A stretch of 64,000 bases of DNA, taken from positions 13,464 through 77,463 of the forward strand of contig NZ_CAURVV010000001.1 in assembly GCF_963528315.1 (NCBI RefSeq), given 5' to 3'. The stretch is from an uncultured Granulicatella sp. GTDB lineage: Bacteria; Bacillota; Bacilli; Lactobacillales; Aerococcaceae. A program made the translations under genes and the position numbers. Of the stretch, positions 29,426 to 38,598 are shown piece by piece. Under the pieces are notes generated by a model. That model searched no databases and had not been told where the DNA came from. It saw only the letters and a list, made by a program, of their open reading frames with translations. Every line of letters begins with the position of its first letter. Positions within the stretch are counted from its first letter, which is position 1.

Positions 29426-30253
29426 TTAAAATAAAATAAATAATAAACTTAGAACAATAATTAATTGAATACATAAACCAATTAAAGCGATGTATGGCGT
29501 ATCTAAACGAGTATCATTTTGTTCTTGAGCAATTGAAATTACAAACGTTACGATAAATGTAAACAAATGTAATGTAAAGAAGAATAAAATAACGACTAAT
29601 AACGCAATTGGAGATACAAATGTCATAAATGCTGTAATGACTAATAAAATAATCGCTAGAGCATTCATAGATTCATATTGTGTTAACCAATAATGGAATA
29701 CATGTTGTCGTTTTAAGAAAATATGTTTCACACCAAAAGCAATGACTGGGAATCCAAAATAAAATACCGCATAGAATAATAGTAGTTTTAAGAAAACTAA
29801 AATATAATTTGGTGTTACTGTTAAGCTAGGTAAAATGGAAATATCCGCTAGTAATTGATATTGAGACAAAACAGCTCGAATACCGTGAGTAGTAATATAA
29901 GCTGATAATAACGTCGATACAATAATCATAATGTAACCAAATAATCGACTGTTTTGACGTTTTCTTGAATAATTGTTCGTTGGGTGGATTAGTTTTCCAA
30001 AGAAAAAGCTAAAGAAACGAGTAATTCTTCTCCAAAAACTTGAATAAATGGCTTGGTTATTTTTAATACGATATTCTTGATCACTTCTGTTTTCTACAGG
30101 ATTTGGTTGAGTATTTTTATTTTCTTCATCAAATAAAGATGTTTGAATCGTTGTTGAATTTTCATCTAATTGTTCTTCTTGAATAGTGCCACAGAAAGGA
30201 CATAATGTTTCTTTCTCATCGATTAATTCGTGGCAGAAAGGGCATTGTTTCAC
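29426..30253 (-). CDS. Zinc-ribbon domain membrane protein
   Basis: N-terminal CPFC...CPFCG zinc ribbon followed by about 5 TM helices. GTG start after AAAGGAG. Confidence 0.5.
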   Translation of the reverse strand: MKQCPFCHELIDEKETLCPFCGTIQEEQLDENSTTIQTSLFDEENKNTQPNPVENRSDQEYRIKNNQAIYSSFWRRITRFFSFFFGKLIHPTNNYSRKRQNSRLFGYIMIIVSTLLSAYITTHGIRAVLSQYQLLADISILPSLTVTPNYILVFLKLLLFYAVFYFGFPVIAFGVKHIFLKRQHVFHYWLTQYESMNALAIILLVITAFMTFVSPIALLVVILFFFTLHLFTFIVTFVISIAQEQNDTRLDTPYIALIGLCIQLIIVLSLLFILF

Positions 30254-30321
30254 GTAAATTCTCCTTTATCAATCATAATTGATTATCTCTGTTGTATTGT
30301 ATCATAGAATGCAAGTGGACA

Positions 30322-30491
30322 AAAGAAAAAGGACTAGAAATCTCTAATCCTTTTATAGTGGCATATACATAATATATGTGTCATGGTGTTCACATCACAC
30401 ATGAACAAACAGCTACATCCGGTAGTGTGCAAGCACATCTGTTCCACTTGACTTAGCAGACTTCTTTGTCTGCTTGTCGCCTCATCGCATA
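30322..30491 (-). ncRNA. Candidate structured small RNA or cis-regulatory leader of about 170 nt (unassigned family)
   Basis: Minus strand: -35 GTGACA, 17-nt spacer, extended -10 TGTTATAAT (30498-30503). Then a GC-enriched stretch with at least 4 hairpins and an intrinsic terminator aggatta...tagtcct plus TTTTCTTTT (30322-30351). Confidence 0.4.
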
Positions 30492-30557
30492 GATAATATT
30501 ATAACAGACAAGAGAGTTGCTGTCACGCAAAAATATTAAACATCCAAAAATTTTCAA

Positions 30558-30582
30558 TATAAAAAGCACCTTAAAAGGTGCT
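30558..30582 (-). terminator. Intrinsic terminator of cdd
   Basis: agcacctt/aaggtgct hairpin followed by a T-run on the minus strand. Confidence 0.65.
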
Positions 30583-30589
30583 AAGTTGA

Positions 30590-30982
30590 TTACATTTCAG
30601 TAAATGCTAGTGGAACTAAATCACGTAAAATCGTTTCTTTTAATTCCCCTTTATTATTAGAAAGGTAAATTGGTGTATCAGCAGGGCATAGTTCTACTAA
30701 TACTTGACGGCATAAGCAACATGGAGGTAAGAAGTAATCTGTTTTACCAGCTACAACAAGCATTTCCACATCTTCTTTTTGATAGCCTTTTGTTATTCCA
30801 GTGAATAAAGCTGTACGTTCTGCACAGTTTGTTGCTCCAAAAGAAACATTTTCCACATTAACTCCAGTAATCACTGTTCCATCTTTATATAAAATTGCAC
30901 AACCTACTGGGAAGTTAGAGTAGGGACAGTATGAATGTTCCAATGCGTTTTTTGCATGTACATATAATTCTTCAGGTTTCAT
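30590..30982 (-). CDS. cdd: Cytidine deaminase
   Basis: 130 aa with the CAERTALF and PCCLCRQ zinc-binding motifs. Confidence 0.9.
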   Translation of the reverse strand: MKPEELYVHAKNALEHSYCPYSNFPVGCAILYKDGTVITGVNVENVSFGATNCAERTALFTGITKGYQKEDVEMLVVAGKTDYFLPPCCLCRQVLVELCPADTPIYLSNNKGELKETILRDLVPLAFTEM

Positions 30983-31003
30983 AAAAGTTCTCCTTAAATG
31001 GGA

Positions 31004-31381
31004 TTATTTTTCACGAATAATTTCGATTTTGTATCCATCTGGATCTTTTACAAAATAGTAGTTTGCTGGATTTCCAGGTAGACCTTTTAATTCTGTTACA
31101 TCATAGCCTTTAGCTACATGTTCAGCATGTAATCCTTCTAAATCAGCGCTACTAATCGCAATATGACCGTAACCATCTCCGATTTCGTATCCTGGATGTC
31201 CATAATTATACGTTAATTCTAATTCGTAATCGTCACCTTCAAAAGCTAAATAAACGATTGTAAATTTGTGTTCTGGGAAATCTTTACGACGAGTTTCTTT
31301 AAATCCAAATGCTTCTTGGTAGAAAGCTAAACTCTCTTCTAAGTTTTTAACACGAACACAAGTGTGTAACATTTTTGGCAT
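31004..31381 (-). CDS. gloA: Lactoylglutathione lyase (glyoxalase I)
   Basis: MLHTCVRVKNLEESLAFY...GYGHIAI...FVKDPDGYKIEII is typical of GloA. Confidence 0.8.
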   Translation of the reverse strand: MPKMLHTCVRVKNLEESLAFYQEAFGFKETRRKDFPEHKFTIVYLAFEGDDYELELTYNYGHPGYEIGDGYGHIAISSADLEGLHAEHVAKGYDVTELKGLPGNPANYYFVKDPDGYKIEIIREK

Positions 31382-31621
31382 AGTGGTCTCTCCTTTTATT
31401 GTTTTTGTCTTACTAGCATAATGGATTATAGGCTTTATTGCAAGAAATATGCAACTTAAAGGTGTGCAGAGTAAAATATGATGTGTAACCTAAAATGTAA
31501 ACACTTGTATATAAAATAAATACACTTTTTGATGAAAATCGAGTAAAAATAATTGCAGTTCAAAAAAGAATTTGCTATTCTGTTACCATTATGAAAAGAA
31601 TCATCTAAATGAGGTGTCAAA

Positions 31622-32998
31622 GTGAAAGTAATTAAATTTGGCGGAAGTTCATTAGCCAACAGTCAACAAATTAAAAAAGTATTTCAAATTGTACAAGCAG
31701 ATAGTGACAGAAGAATTGTCGTTGTATCTGCACCAGGGAAACGTCATTCAGACGATGAGAAAGTAACGGACTTATTAATTCAATTAGCGACTTCTCATAT
31801 TGAAGGACAATACAATGAAGCTATTTTAGAAGTAATTTTAGAACGTTATCAAGAAATTTATGATGAATTACAATTAAACTCAGATGTAATGGATAAAATT
31901 CGTCAACATTTTGCAGAGTTAAAAGAAAGTACATTAGAACCTGCTTATTTAATTGATGCGTATAAAGCAAGTGGAGAAGACAATAATGCAAAATTAATTG
32001 CAGACTACTTTACAAAAGAAGGCTTACCAGCAAAATATATTAGCCCTAAAGAAGCGAATTTATTCGTTAGCGATACTCCAGGAAATGCTCAAGTATTAGA
32101 AGAAGCGTATAAAGAATTAGAATACTTACAATTAGAAAAAGATATTATTGTATTCCCAGGATTCTTTGGAGTTACAAAAGATGGAAAAGTTGTGACATTC
32201 TCTCGAGGTGGATCAGATATTACAGGGTCAATTTTAGCGAATGCAGTTTCAGCTGAAGAGTATGAAAACTTTACAGATGTGGATGCAATCTTTGTAGCAA
32301 GTCCAAAACTAGTTCATAAACCCCTTGGAATCGATGTGTTATCGTATACAGAAATGCGTGAGTTATCTTATGCAGGATTTTCAGTGTTCCATACTGAAGC
32401 GTTATTACCAGCCATTAAAAAAGGAATTCCAGTTCATGTATGTAATACGAATAATCCTTCTGCAAAAGGAACTTATATTATGAAAGGGAAAGTCAACTCT
32501 CCTTCTATTATTTCTGGTATTGCAAGTTCATCAGGTTTCGTTAGTGTTTATATTCAAAAATATTTAATGAATCATGAAATTGGATTTTTAAGAAAAACAT
32601 TACAATTATTCGAAGATGAAGGAGTAAGTGTAGAACATATTCCAACAGGGATTGATGATGCAACAATTATTATTCGTGGAGAAGATGCGACTGATGAAGT
32701 ATTAGATCGTATTGTTTATCGTCTGAAAGCAGAATTAAATGCGGATGAAGCGTACTATGAACGTGGATTATGTTTAATTATGTTAGTAGGTGAAGGAATG
32801 GTTAGCATGGTTGGTACAACTGCTCGTGTTGCTAGCACATTAGCCCGTGAACAAATTAATATTGAATTATACAACCAAGGGGTATCCGAAGTTTCTATGA
32901 TGTTTGGTATTAGAGAAGAGTACGAACAACGTGCCATTCAAGCATTATATGACGAGTTCTTTGGTGAAGAAGTAGAATACGAAGTTTTGGATAAATAG
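31622..32998 (+). CDS. Aspartate kinase
   Basis: GTG start. VIKFGGSSLA N-terminus, about 458 aa, with C-terminal ACT-like region. Confidence 0.85.
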   Translation: MKVIKFGGSSLANSQQIKKVFQIVQADSDRRIVVVSAPGKRHSDDEKVTDLLIQLATSHIEGQYNEAILEVILERYQEIYDELQLNSDVMDKIRQHFAELKESTLEPAYLIDAYKASGEDNNAKLIADYFTKEGLPAKYISPKEANLFVSDTPGNAQVLEEAYKELEYLQLEKDIIVFPGFFGVTKDGKVVTFSRGGSDITGSILANAVSAEEYENFTDVDAIFVASPKLVHKPLGIDVLSYTEMRELSYAGFSVFHTEALLPAIKKGIPVHVCNTNNPSAKGTYIMKGKVNSPSIISGIASSSGFVSVYIQKYLMNHEIGFLRKTLQLFEDEGVSVEHIPTGIDDATIIIRGEDATDEVLDRIVYRLKAELNADEAYYERGLCLIMLVGEGMVSMVGTTARVASTLAREQINIELYNQGVSEVSMMFGIREEYEQRAIQALYDEFFGEEVEYEVLDK

Positions 32999-33020
32999 TA
33001 AATTAAACAATAAATTATAT

Positions 33021-33096
33021 ATGACTTTCTAATGTAGCAATGGACGGTAGCAGCCTCGCAAAGCGAGTCTCATACTCACGCTACATTGGAAAGTAT
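33021..33096 (+). repeat. Structured intergenic repeat, short form, copy 7
   Basis: atgactttctaatgtagca-ATGGACGGTAGCAG-ctcgc aaa gcgag-TCTCATACT...gctacattggaaagtat. Confidence 0.85.
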
Positions 33097-33154
33097 TTTT
33101 TATTTTTCAGATTGTGATTGACTTCTAAGGGTATTAATACTTTTGTAAATAAAA

Positions 33155-33296
33155 ATAAATGACTCATAATAGTAGCAAAAGTACTAGAAGCCGAGTGGCT
33201 TCTAGTACAGGAAATTTCGAGACCTTAGGCTCGAAATTTAGCAATGAGACAGCTTTGCTGGCTGCTTGCGTCCTAGCTACTATTATGAGTCATATT
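33155..33296 (-). repeat. Structured intergenic repeat, long form, copy 8
   Basis: Reverse orientation. Core GGACGCAAGCAG...TCTCATTGC. Hairpin 2 has a compensated insertion (aaatttcgag/ctcgaaattt). It ends 4 nt from the ATPase stop codon. Confidence 0.9.
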
Positions 33297-33299
33297 TTT

Positions 33300-35177
33300 T
33301 TATAGTTTTTTAAGTAAACGTAATCCGTTTAAAATTACTAAGATGGTGCTTCCTTCGTGTCCGATAACGCCTAAAGGTAAGTTAATGAATTGGAAGACAT
33401 TCGCTAAAATTAAAATCGTGATTACTGATAATGAGAACACAATGTTTTGTAAAATAATGTTCTTCATTTTTTTAGATAACTCGTGACCATATTTAATTAA
33501 TGATAAATTATTTTTCAATAATACAATATCACTTGCTTCAATTGCTAAAGCAGTACCTTCACCAATGGCAATCCCAACGGTTGCATTTGCAAGAGCAGGA
33601 GCGTCATTAATACCATCTCCAACCATGGCTACAGAAACACCTTTATCAGATAAATTCTTAACATAAGTTGCTTTATCTTCAGGTAAACAGTTTGCTTGAT
33701 AATCAGAGATTTCTAAGTGTTTTGCTACAGCTTCGGCAGTTGATTCTGAATCACCAGTCATCATAATGGTTTGAATATTTTCTTTGTTAAAGTAGTGTAA
33801 TACAGATTGGCTACTTTCTTTAATTTCATCTGTAATGGCATAGAAACCAATGAATTGTCCATTTTTCTCGATTGCTAAAACAATTTCACCTTGTTCTAAG
33901 TGTCTTTCAATGTCAGAAGCTAATGCTGTGTGTTGTTTCCAGTCTTCATCAATCCAAGCTAATTTACCAATTTTCCAAGTTGAACCTTGAGCTGTTGCAA
34001 CTAATCCATTTCCAATCACTTCTTCAAAGCTGTCGAAAGTAATAGAATCTGAATTTTTGTAAGCTTGTGTATAAGTTGTAATTGATTTTCCTAATGGATG
34101 AGTTGAACGAATTTCCATTTCATACATCATTGCATGAACTTCTTCTTCGTTTTCATTTACAATTACTGCATGTTGAACAGTTGGTTTTCCTTTTGTTAAT
34201 GTACCTGTTTTATCTAAAACAATAGATTGAATAGAAGATAATTGTTCTAAAGATTCTCCACCTTTTAATAAAATCCCTTGTTTTGCTGCATTAGATAAAC
34301 TTGCTAAAATAGCAGGGCTAGCAGATGCAACTAAGGCACATGGTGACATTACTGTTAATAAAATCATTCCTCTATAGAAAGATTCTTGCCATGACCATTG
34401 GAATCCGAAGTAGAAGAATGCAATCGCTAATGGTACGAATACTAATACAAATTTTACATATTGATCTTCGATTTTGTTTAAGAAGCTACTTGTTTTTGTT
34501 TCTTGTTCTTGAGCTTCTTCTACTAATCGAATGATAGAAGCCATCACAGTTTCATCTGCATTTTTATGTACAGTTGCTGTACAAGATTGATGTAAATTAA
34601 TACTTCCTGCAAAAATTTCTTCGCCCACTTTTTTGTTAGCTGGAAGTGGTTCACCATTAATCATACTTTCATCGAATAAGCTTTCACCATCTGTTAGAAT
34701 AGCGTCCATTGGAACAGCTTCCCCTTTTTTAATGAAAATTATATCATCAATAACTAAATCTTCAACGTCTACTGTTTCATAGTGACCATCACGAATACGT
34801 GTCGCTGTTTTTGGTTGTAAGTTTAATAATTCTGTCATTGATTTTTGACTTTTTGCCATTGCATATTCTTCAAGAGCTCCACTTAATGAGAAAATAAAAA
34901 TTAATAAAGCTCCTTCTAACCAGTAACCAATAATTGAAGCACCGATTGCCGCTAATACCATTAATAAGTCAACATTTAAATGTTGTTCTTGGAAAGTTTC
35001 TTGAATTCCTTCAACGGCTGAGTGGAATCCACCAACTAAGAACGCTGCCAAGTAGCAAATCACAGATACTAGATTCAATCCGTGGAAGCTAGCAGCTAGT
35101 CCTAAAATAATTAATGTTCCGCAAGTAATTGTATAACGAATTTGTTTTTGTTCTAAAATATTCATAATTTTTTTCAC
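33300..35177 (-). CDS. P1B-4-type heavy-metal P-type ATPase (PfeT/ZosA/CtpD-like Fe(II)/Co(II) exporter)
   Basis: DKTGTLT phosphorylation site, TGDS and GDGINDAP motifs, the SPC motif (MSPCALV) instead of CPC, and no N-terminal HMA domain. Confidence 0.8.
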   Translation of the reverse strand: MKKIMNILEQKQIRYTITCGTLIILGLAASFHGLNLVSVICYLAAFLVGGFHSAVEGIQETFQEQHLNVDLLMVLAAIGASIIGYWLEGALLIFIFSLSGALEEYAMAKSQKSMTELLNLQPKTATRIRDGHYETVDVEDLVIDDIIFIKKGEAVPMDAILTDGESLFDESMINGEPLPANKKVGEEIFAGSINLHQSCTATVHKNADETVMASIIRLVEEAQEQETKTSSFLNKIEDQYVKFVLVFVPLAIAFFYFGFQWSWQESFYRGMILLTVMSPCALVASASPAILASLSNAAKQGILLKGGESLEQLSSIQSIVLDKTGTLTKGKPTVQHAVIVNENEEEVHAMMYEMEIRSTHPLGKSITTYTQAYKNSDSITFDSFEEVIGNGLVATAQGSTWKIGKLAWIDEDWKQHTALASDIERHLEQGEIVLAIEKNGQFIGFYAITDEIKESSQSVLHYFNKENIQTIMMTGDSESTAEAVAKHLEISDYQANCLPEDKATYVKNLSDKGVSVAMVGDGINDAPALANATVGIAIGEGTALAIEASDIVLLKNNLSLIKYGHELSKKMKNIILQNIVFSLSVITILILANVFQFINLPLGVIGHEGSTILVILNGLRLLKKL

Positions 35178-35218
35178 CTCATGTTTTATTTGTTGAATAC
35201 ATCATAACATAATTTTTT

Positions 35219-35243
35219 CTAGATTAGAATGATTCTAAACTAG
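35219..35243. promoter_or_regulatory. Palindromic operator candidate (Fur/PerR-family-like 7-1-7 core TTAGAATGATTCTAA)
   Basis: ctagaTTAGAATgATTCTAAactag is a 12-1-12 inverted repeat with one mismatch, about 45 nt upstream of the ATPase start. Confidence 0.5.
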
Positions 35244-35256
35244 ATGAGAGTGAAAT

Positions 35257-35284
35257 TCATTCTCAATTAGCTTATTGAGAATGA
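35257..35284. promoter_or_regulatory. Second inverted repeat (TCATTCTCAAT-6-ATTGAGAATGA)
   Basis: Perfect 11-bp arms that share the AGAATGA half-site with the first palindrome. Confidence 0.4.
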
Positions 35285-35386
35285 GAGAAGATAAGAAAGT
35301 CTTAATTTTTAAGGATTTTCCCTTTATAAATTTAAAAATTCATAGTAGAATGGTTTCATATCTTAAAAATGAAGGTGGGAGAACAA

Positions 35387-37192
35387 ATGAGTGATAAAAA
35401 ACCATTAACTCGTGAAGAAGTTCCTGTAGAATTAACATGGGACTTAACATTAATCTATCCAGATAATTCTGGTTTCGAAGCTGATTTAGCTTTTGTATCA
35501 GAAAAAATTCCAGTAATTGCTGCAAGTAAAGAAACAGCTTTACAATCTGGAGAAAATTTATATAACTACTTATTATTATCGAATCAAGTAGAAGAAAAAA
35601 TTGAAACAGCTTATGTGTATTCACACTTGAAAGCTGACCAAGATACTACAAATGATGAAAATCAAGTATTAAACCAACGTGCTTTCTCAGTATATGTTGA
35701 AGTGTCAGGTGCAACATCATGGTTTGAACCAGCTATCTTAGAAAAATCAGATGAAGAATTTGAAAACTTCTTTAAAGAAGAACCACGTTTAGAAGAATTC
35801 CGTGTTGCATTAGAAGCGGCTCGTATTCAAAAAGGTCACGTATTATCAGATCGTGAAGAAGCATTATTATCAAAAGCGAATGAAGTTTTCTCTGGACCAG
35901 GAAAAACATTTAACTTCTTAAATAATGCGGATATTAAATTTGGAACAGTTAAGAATGAAAAAGGGGAAGAAGTGGAATTAACTCACGGAAACTATACTAC
36001 ATTCTTAGAATCAACAAATGCTGAAGTTCGTAAAAATGCATTTGAAACAAAATATAAACCATATATTCAATTTAAAAATACATTTGCTAGCACACTAGGT
36101 TCAGAAGTGAAAGCTCATAATTTTAAAGCATTAGCTCGCAACTATGAATCAAGTCGTCAAGCTGCATTAGCTTCTAACCAAGTTCCTGAAGAAGTATTTG
36201 ATGCTTTAGTAAAAGTAGTCAATGAAAAATTACCATTATTACACCGTTATATTGCTTTACAACAAAAAGCTCTAGGATTAGATGAATTACATATGTATGA
36301 TATGTATGTTCCAATTACTGGTGAAGCTCCAATTACTTACAATTACGAAGATGCTTCTAAAGCTACTTTTGAAGCATTAAAACCATTAGGGGAAGAATAC
36401 CAAGATATTCTTAAACAAGCTTATGATCAACGTTGGATTGATGTTGCTGAAAATGTTGGTAAACGTAGTGGTGGTTATTCATCAGGTGGTTATGCAACTG
36501 CGCCATATATTTTATTAAACTGGCATGATGATTTAAGCAACTTCTTTACATTAGTACATGAATTAGGACATAGTGCTCATAGTTACTTCACTCGTCATAA
36601 TCAACCATATCAATATGGGGATTATTCAATTTTCTTAGCGGAAATTGCTTCAACAACGAATGAAAACTTATTAACAGACTACTTATTGAAGAAACATACG
36701 GATAAAGAGAGTCAAAAATATATTTTAAATAATTATTTAAATCGTTTTAAATCTACTATTTTCCGTCAAACTCAATTTGCTGAATTTGAGCATCAAATTC
36801 ATGTCGCAGATCAAAATGGTGAGCCATTAACTCAAGCGGCTATTTCTGAAATCTATGCAAATATTAATAAAAAATATTATGCAAATGTCATTCAAGATGA
36901 GCAAATTGCTTATGAGTGGGCTCGTATTCCTCACTTCTATATGAATTACTATGTATATCAATATGCAACTGGTATGGCTGCTGCAACTGCTTTAGCAGAT
37001 AAGATTTTACATGGTACTCCTGAAGATTTAGAGGCTTACTTAAACTACTTACGTGCTGGACGTAGCGATAAACCAATTGAGGTTATGAAAAAAGCGGGTG
37101 TAGATATGACGCAAACTCAATATCTATATGATGCGATGAATGTATTCGAACAACGACTAGAACAATTAGAAGCGTTGATGAACGAAGAGTAA
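35387..37192 (+). CDS. pepF: Oligoendopeptidase F
   Basis: About 600 aa with the HELGHSAHS zinc motif (M3B family). The ATG at 35387 follows AAGGTGGGAG. Confidence 0.9.
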   Translation: MSDKKPLTREEVPVELTWDLTLIYPDNSGFEADLAFVSEKIPVIAASKETALQSGENLYNYLLLSNQVEEKIETAYVYSHLKADQDTTNDENQVLNQRAFSVYVEVSGATSWFEPAILEKSDEEFENFFKEEPRLEEFRVALEAARIQKGHVLSDREEALLSKANEVFSGPGKTFNFLNNADIKFGTVKNEKGEEVELTHGNYTTFLESTNAEVRKNAFETKYKPYIQFKNTFASTLGSEVKAHNFKALARNYESSRQAALASNQVPEEVFDALVKVVNEKLPLLHRYIALQQKALGLDELHMYDMYVPITGEAPITYNYEDASKATFEALKPLGEEYQDILKQAYDQRWIDVAENVGKRSGGYSSGGYATAPYILLNWHDDLSNFFTLVHELGHSAHSYFTRHNQPYQYGDYSIFLAEIASTTNENLLTDYLLKKHTDKESQKYILNNYLNRFKSTIFRQTQFAEFEHQIHVADQNGEPLTQAAISEIYANINKKYYANVIQDEQIAYEWARIPHFYMNYYVYQYATGMAAATALADKILHGTPEDLEAYLNYLRAGRSDKPIEVMKKAGVDMTQTQYLYDAMNVFEQRLEQLEALMNEE

Positions 37193-37204
37193 CATAATAT
37201 AAAT

Positions 37205-37346
37205 AGACTTTCCTGATATAGCAGTATTAGGACGCTAGCAGACAGCTTTGCTGTCTCATAGCTAAAATTTGAGCCTAAGGTCTCAAATTTCCCTGCGATA
37301 GAATCTGTTTTACAGATTCTATTGCTCATACTGCTATGGAAAGTCT
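37205..37346 (+). repeat. Structured intergenic repeat, long form, copy 9
   Basis: Arms agactttcctgatatagcagta / tactgctatggaaagtct. Core GGACGCTAGCAG...TCTCATAGC, a compensated GCTA/TAGC pair. Confidence 0.9.
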
Positions 37347-37425
37347 TTTTTTATTTATACTATTTGTTATTTCTCTTTATTTAAAATATAATAAATGGTA
37401 TAAAAATATTTTAAAGGAGAAGGTT

Positions 37426-38328
37426 ATGGCAGTAGTAAATTTTGGAAATTCTTGTTCGTGGATTAATATAAATTCAGATTTAATTAGTGAGTATTCATCT
37501 ATCTATGAAACGTATGAAATTGATAGTGAAATGTTGGAGTACGCCCTTGATGAACATGAGCGTGCTCATATTGAATACGATCGACGTAAAGAAACATTGA
37601 TTGTTATTTACAATGTGATTAAGCAATCATTAAATTCAAATCAATACGAAACAATTCCTATGACATTTATTGTACGTAAAAATCAAATTATTACGATTAC
37701 AAACCATCATAATGAATATATTGTTCAAGCAATGAAAGAGGAATTAAAAGAAAGACCAGATATATCTCTGTTTACATTTTTATTTTCTAGTTTGTTTATG
37801 ATTACGGAATATTATTTCCCAAAAATTGAAAAATTAAAAAAAGAACAAGAGTTATTAAGTCAAATGTTACGACAAAAAACAACAAAGGAAGATTTGTTTG
37901 CCTTATCGGATTTGGAAATTGGTAGTGTGTATTTAGTTTCAGCTACTAAACAAAATGCGATTGTATTGGAGCAATTAAAAACTCAATCTGTATTTAAAGT
38001 TTTAGATGATGTAGAAAAAGAAGAGTTAGAAGATAGTTTAATTGAAGCAAAGCAGCTAGTGGAAATGACTTCGATTAATCTTCAAATTTTGCATCAATTA
38101 TCGGGTACATATAATAATGTTTTGAATAATAATTTGAATGATACGATGAAATTATTAACCGTTATTTCTATTCTTTTAACGGTTCCGGATATTGTGACGG
38201 GATTTTTTGGAATGAATGTGCAAATTCCTTTTACAGAACATTCTCATGGTTGGGGAATTGTATTAGGAATTATTATAGCAATTTGGATACTAGTCAGTGT
38301 GAGATTGTCTCGTCTTATAAAAAAGTAG
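37426..38328 (+). CDS. corA: CorA-family divalent cation transporter, paralog 1
   Basis: 300 aa. GMN signature (FFGMNVQIPF) before the last TM helix. Confidence 0.8.
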   Translation: MAVVNFGNSCSWININSDLISEYSSIYETYEIDSEMLEYALDEHERAHIEYDRRKETLIVIYNVIKQSLNSNQYETIPMTFIVRKNQIITITNHHNEYIVQAMKEELKERPDISLFTFLFSSLFMITEYYFPKIEKLKKEQELLSQMLRQKTTKEDLFALSDLEIGSVYLVSATKQNAIVLEQLKTQSVFKVLDDVEKEELEDSLIEAKQLVEMTSINLQILHQLSGTYNNVLNNNLNDTMKLLTVISILLTVPDIVTGFFGMNVQIPFTEHSHGWGIVLGIIIAIWILVSVRLSRLIKK

Positions 38329-38335
38329 AGGGCGT

Positions 38336-38481
38336 GGAAATTGAGTTTTTGGTATAGTAGTACTAAGACGGCAGCAGACCTTCGGTCTCATGCCTAAAAT
38401 TTGAGCCTAGGTCTCAAATTTTCTTGCAATAGAATCTGTAGTCAGATTCTATTGCTCGTACTACTATAAAAACTCATTTCC
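38336..38481 (+). repeat. Structured intergenic repeat, long form, copy 10
   Basis: Arms ggaaattgagtttttggtatagtagtac / gtactactataaaaactcatttcc. Core AGACGGCAGCAG...TCTCATGCC, a compensated GGCA/TGCC pair. Confidence 0.9.
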
Positions 38482-38518
38482 ACTTGAAACGAAAATTATG
38501 AGAGTGCGTATGATAAAG

Positions 38519-38598
38519 TAAGTTTTTTGTACAGTAGAATTAGGACGCCAGAAACCCTGCGGTCTCATGGTTCATACTACTATAAAATATCATTTCCA
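38519..38598 (+). repeat. Structured intergenic repeat, short and degenerate form, copy 11
   Basis: GGACGCCAGAAA-ccctgcgg-TCTCATGGT core. It is flanked by partial duplications of the copy-10 right arm (catttccacttgRaacgaaaattatgagag occurs twice). Confidence 0.7.

Noticed and set aside
30380-30470. Possible SRP (4.5S/scRNA) gene. The minus-strand CAAG..CAGAUG..CCGGAUGUAGCUG resembles the 3' half of E. coli 4.5S RNA (CAAGGCAGAUG...CCGGGAUGUAGCUGG).
   Set aside because: The universally conserved domain IV elements are absent: the GGAA (GNRA) tetraloop closed by the GGAAGCAGC/AGG loops. No 5' strand can pair with the matching segment. I keep it only as an unassigned sRNA or leader candidate.
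31382-31621. Lysine (L-box) riboswitch upstream of aspartate kinase.
   Set aside because: The region is AT-rich with no L-box conserved motifs (AGAGGNGC etc.) and no terminator/antiterminator pair.
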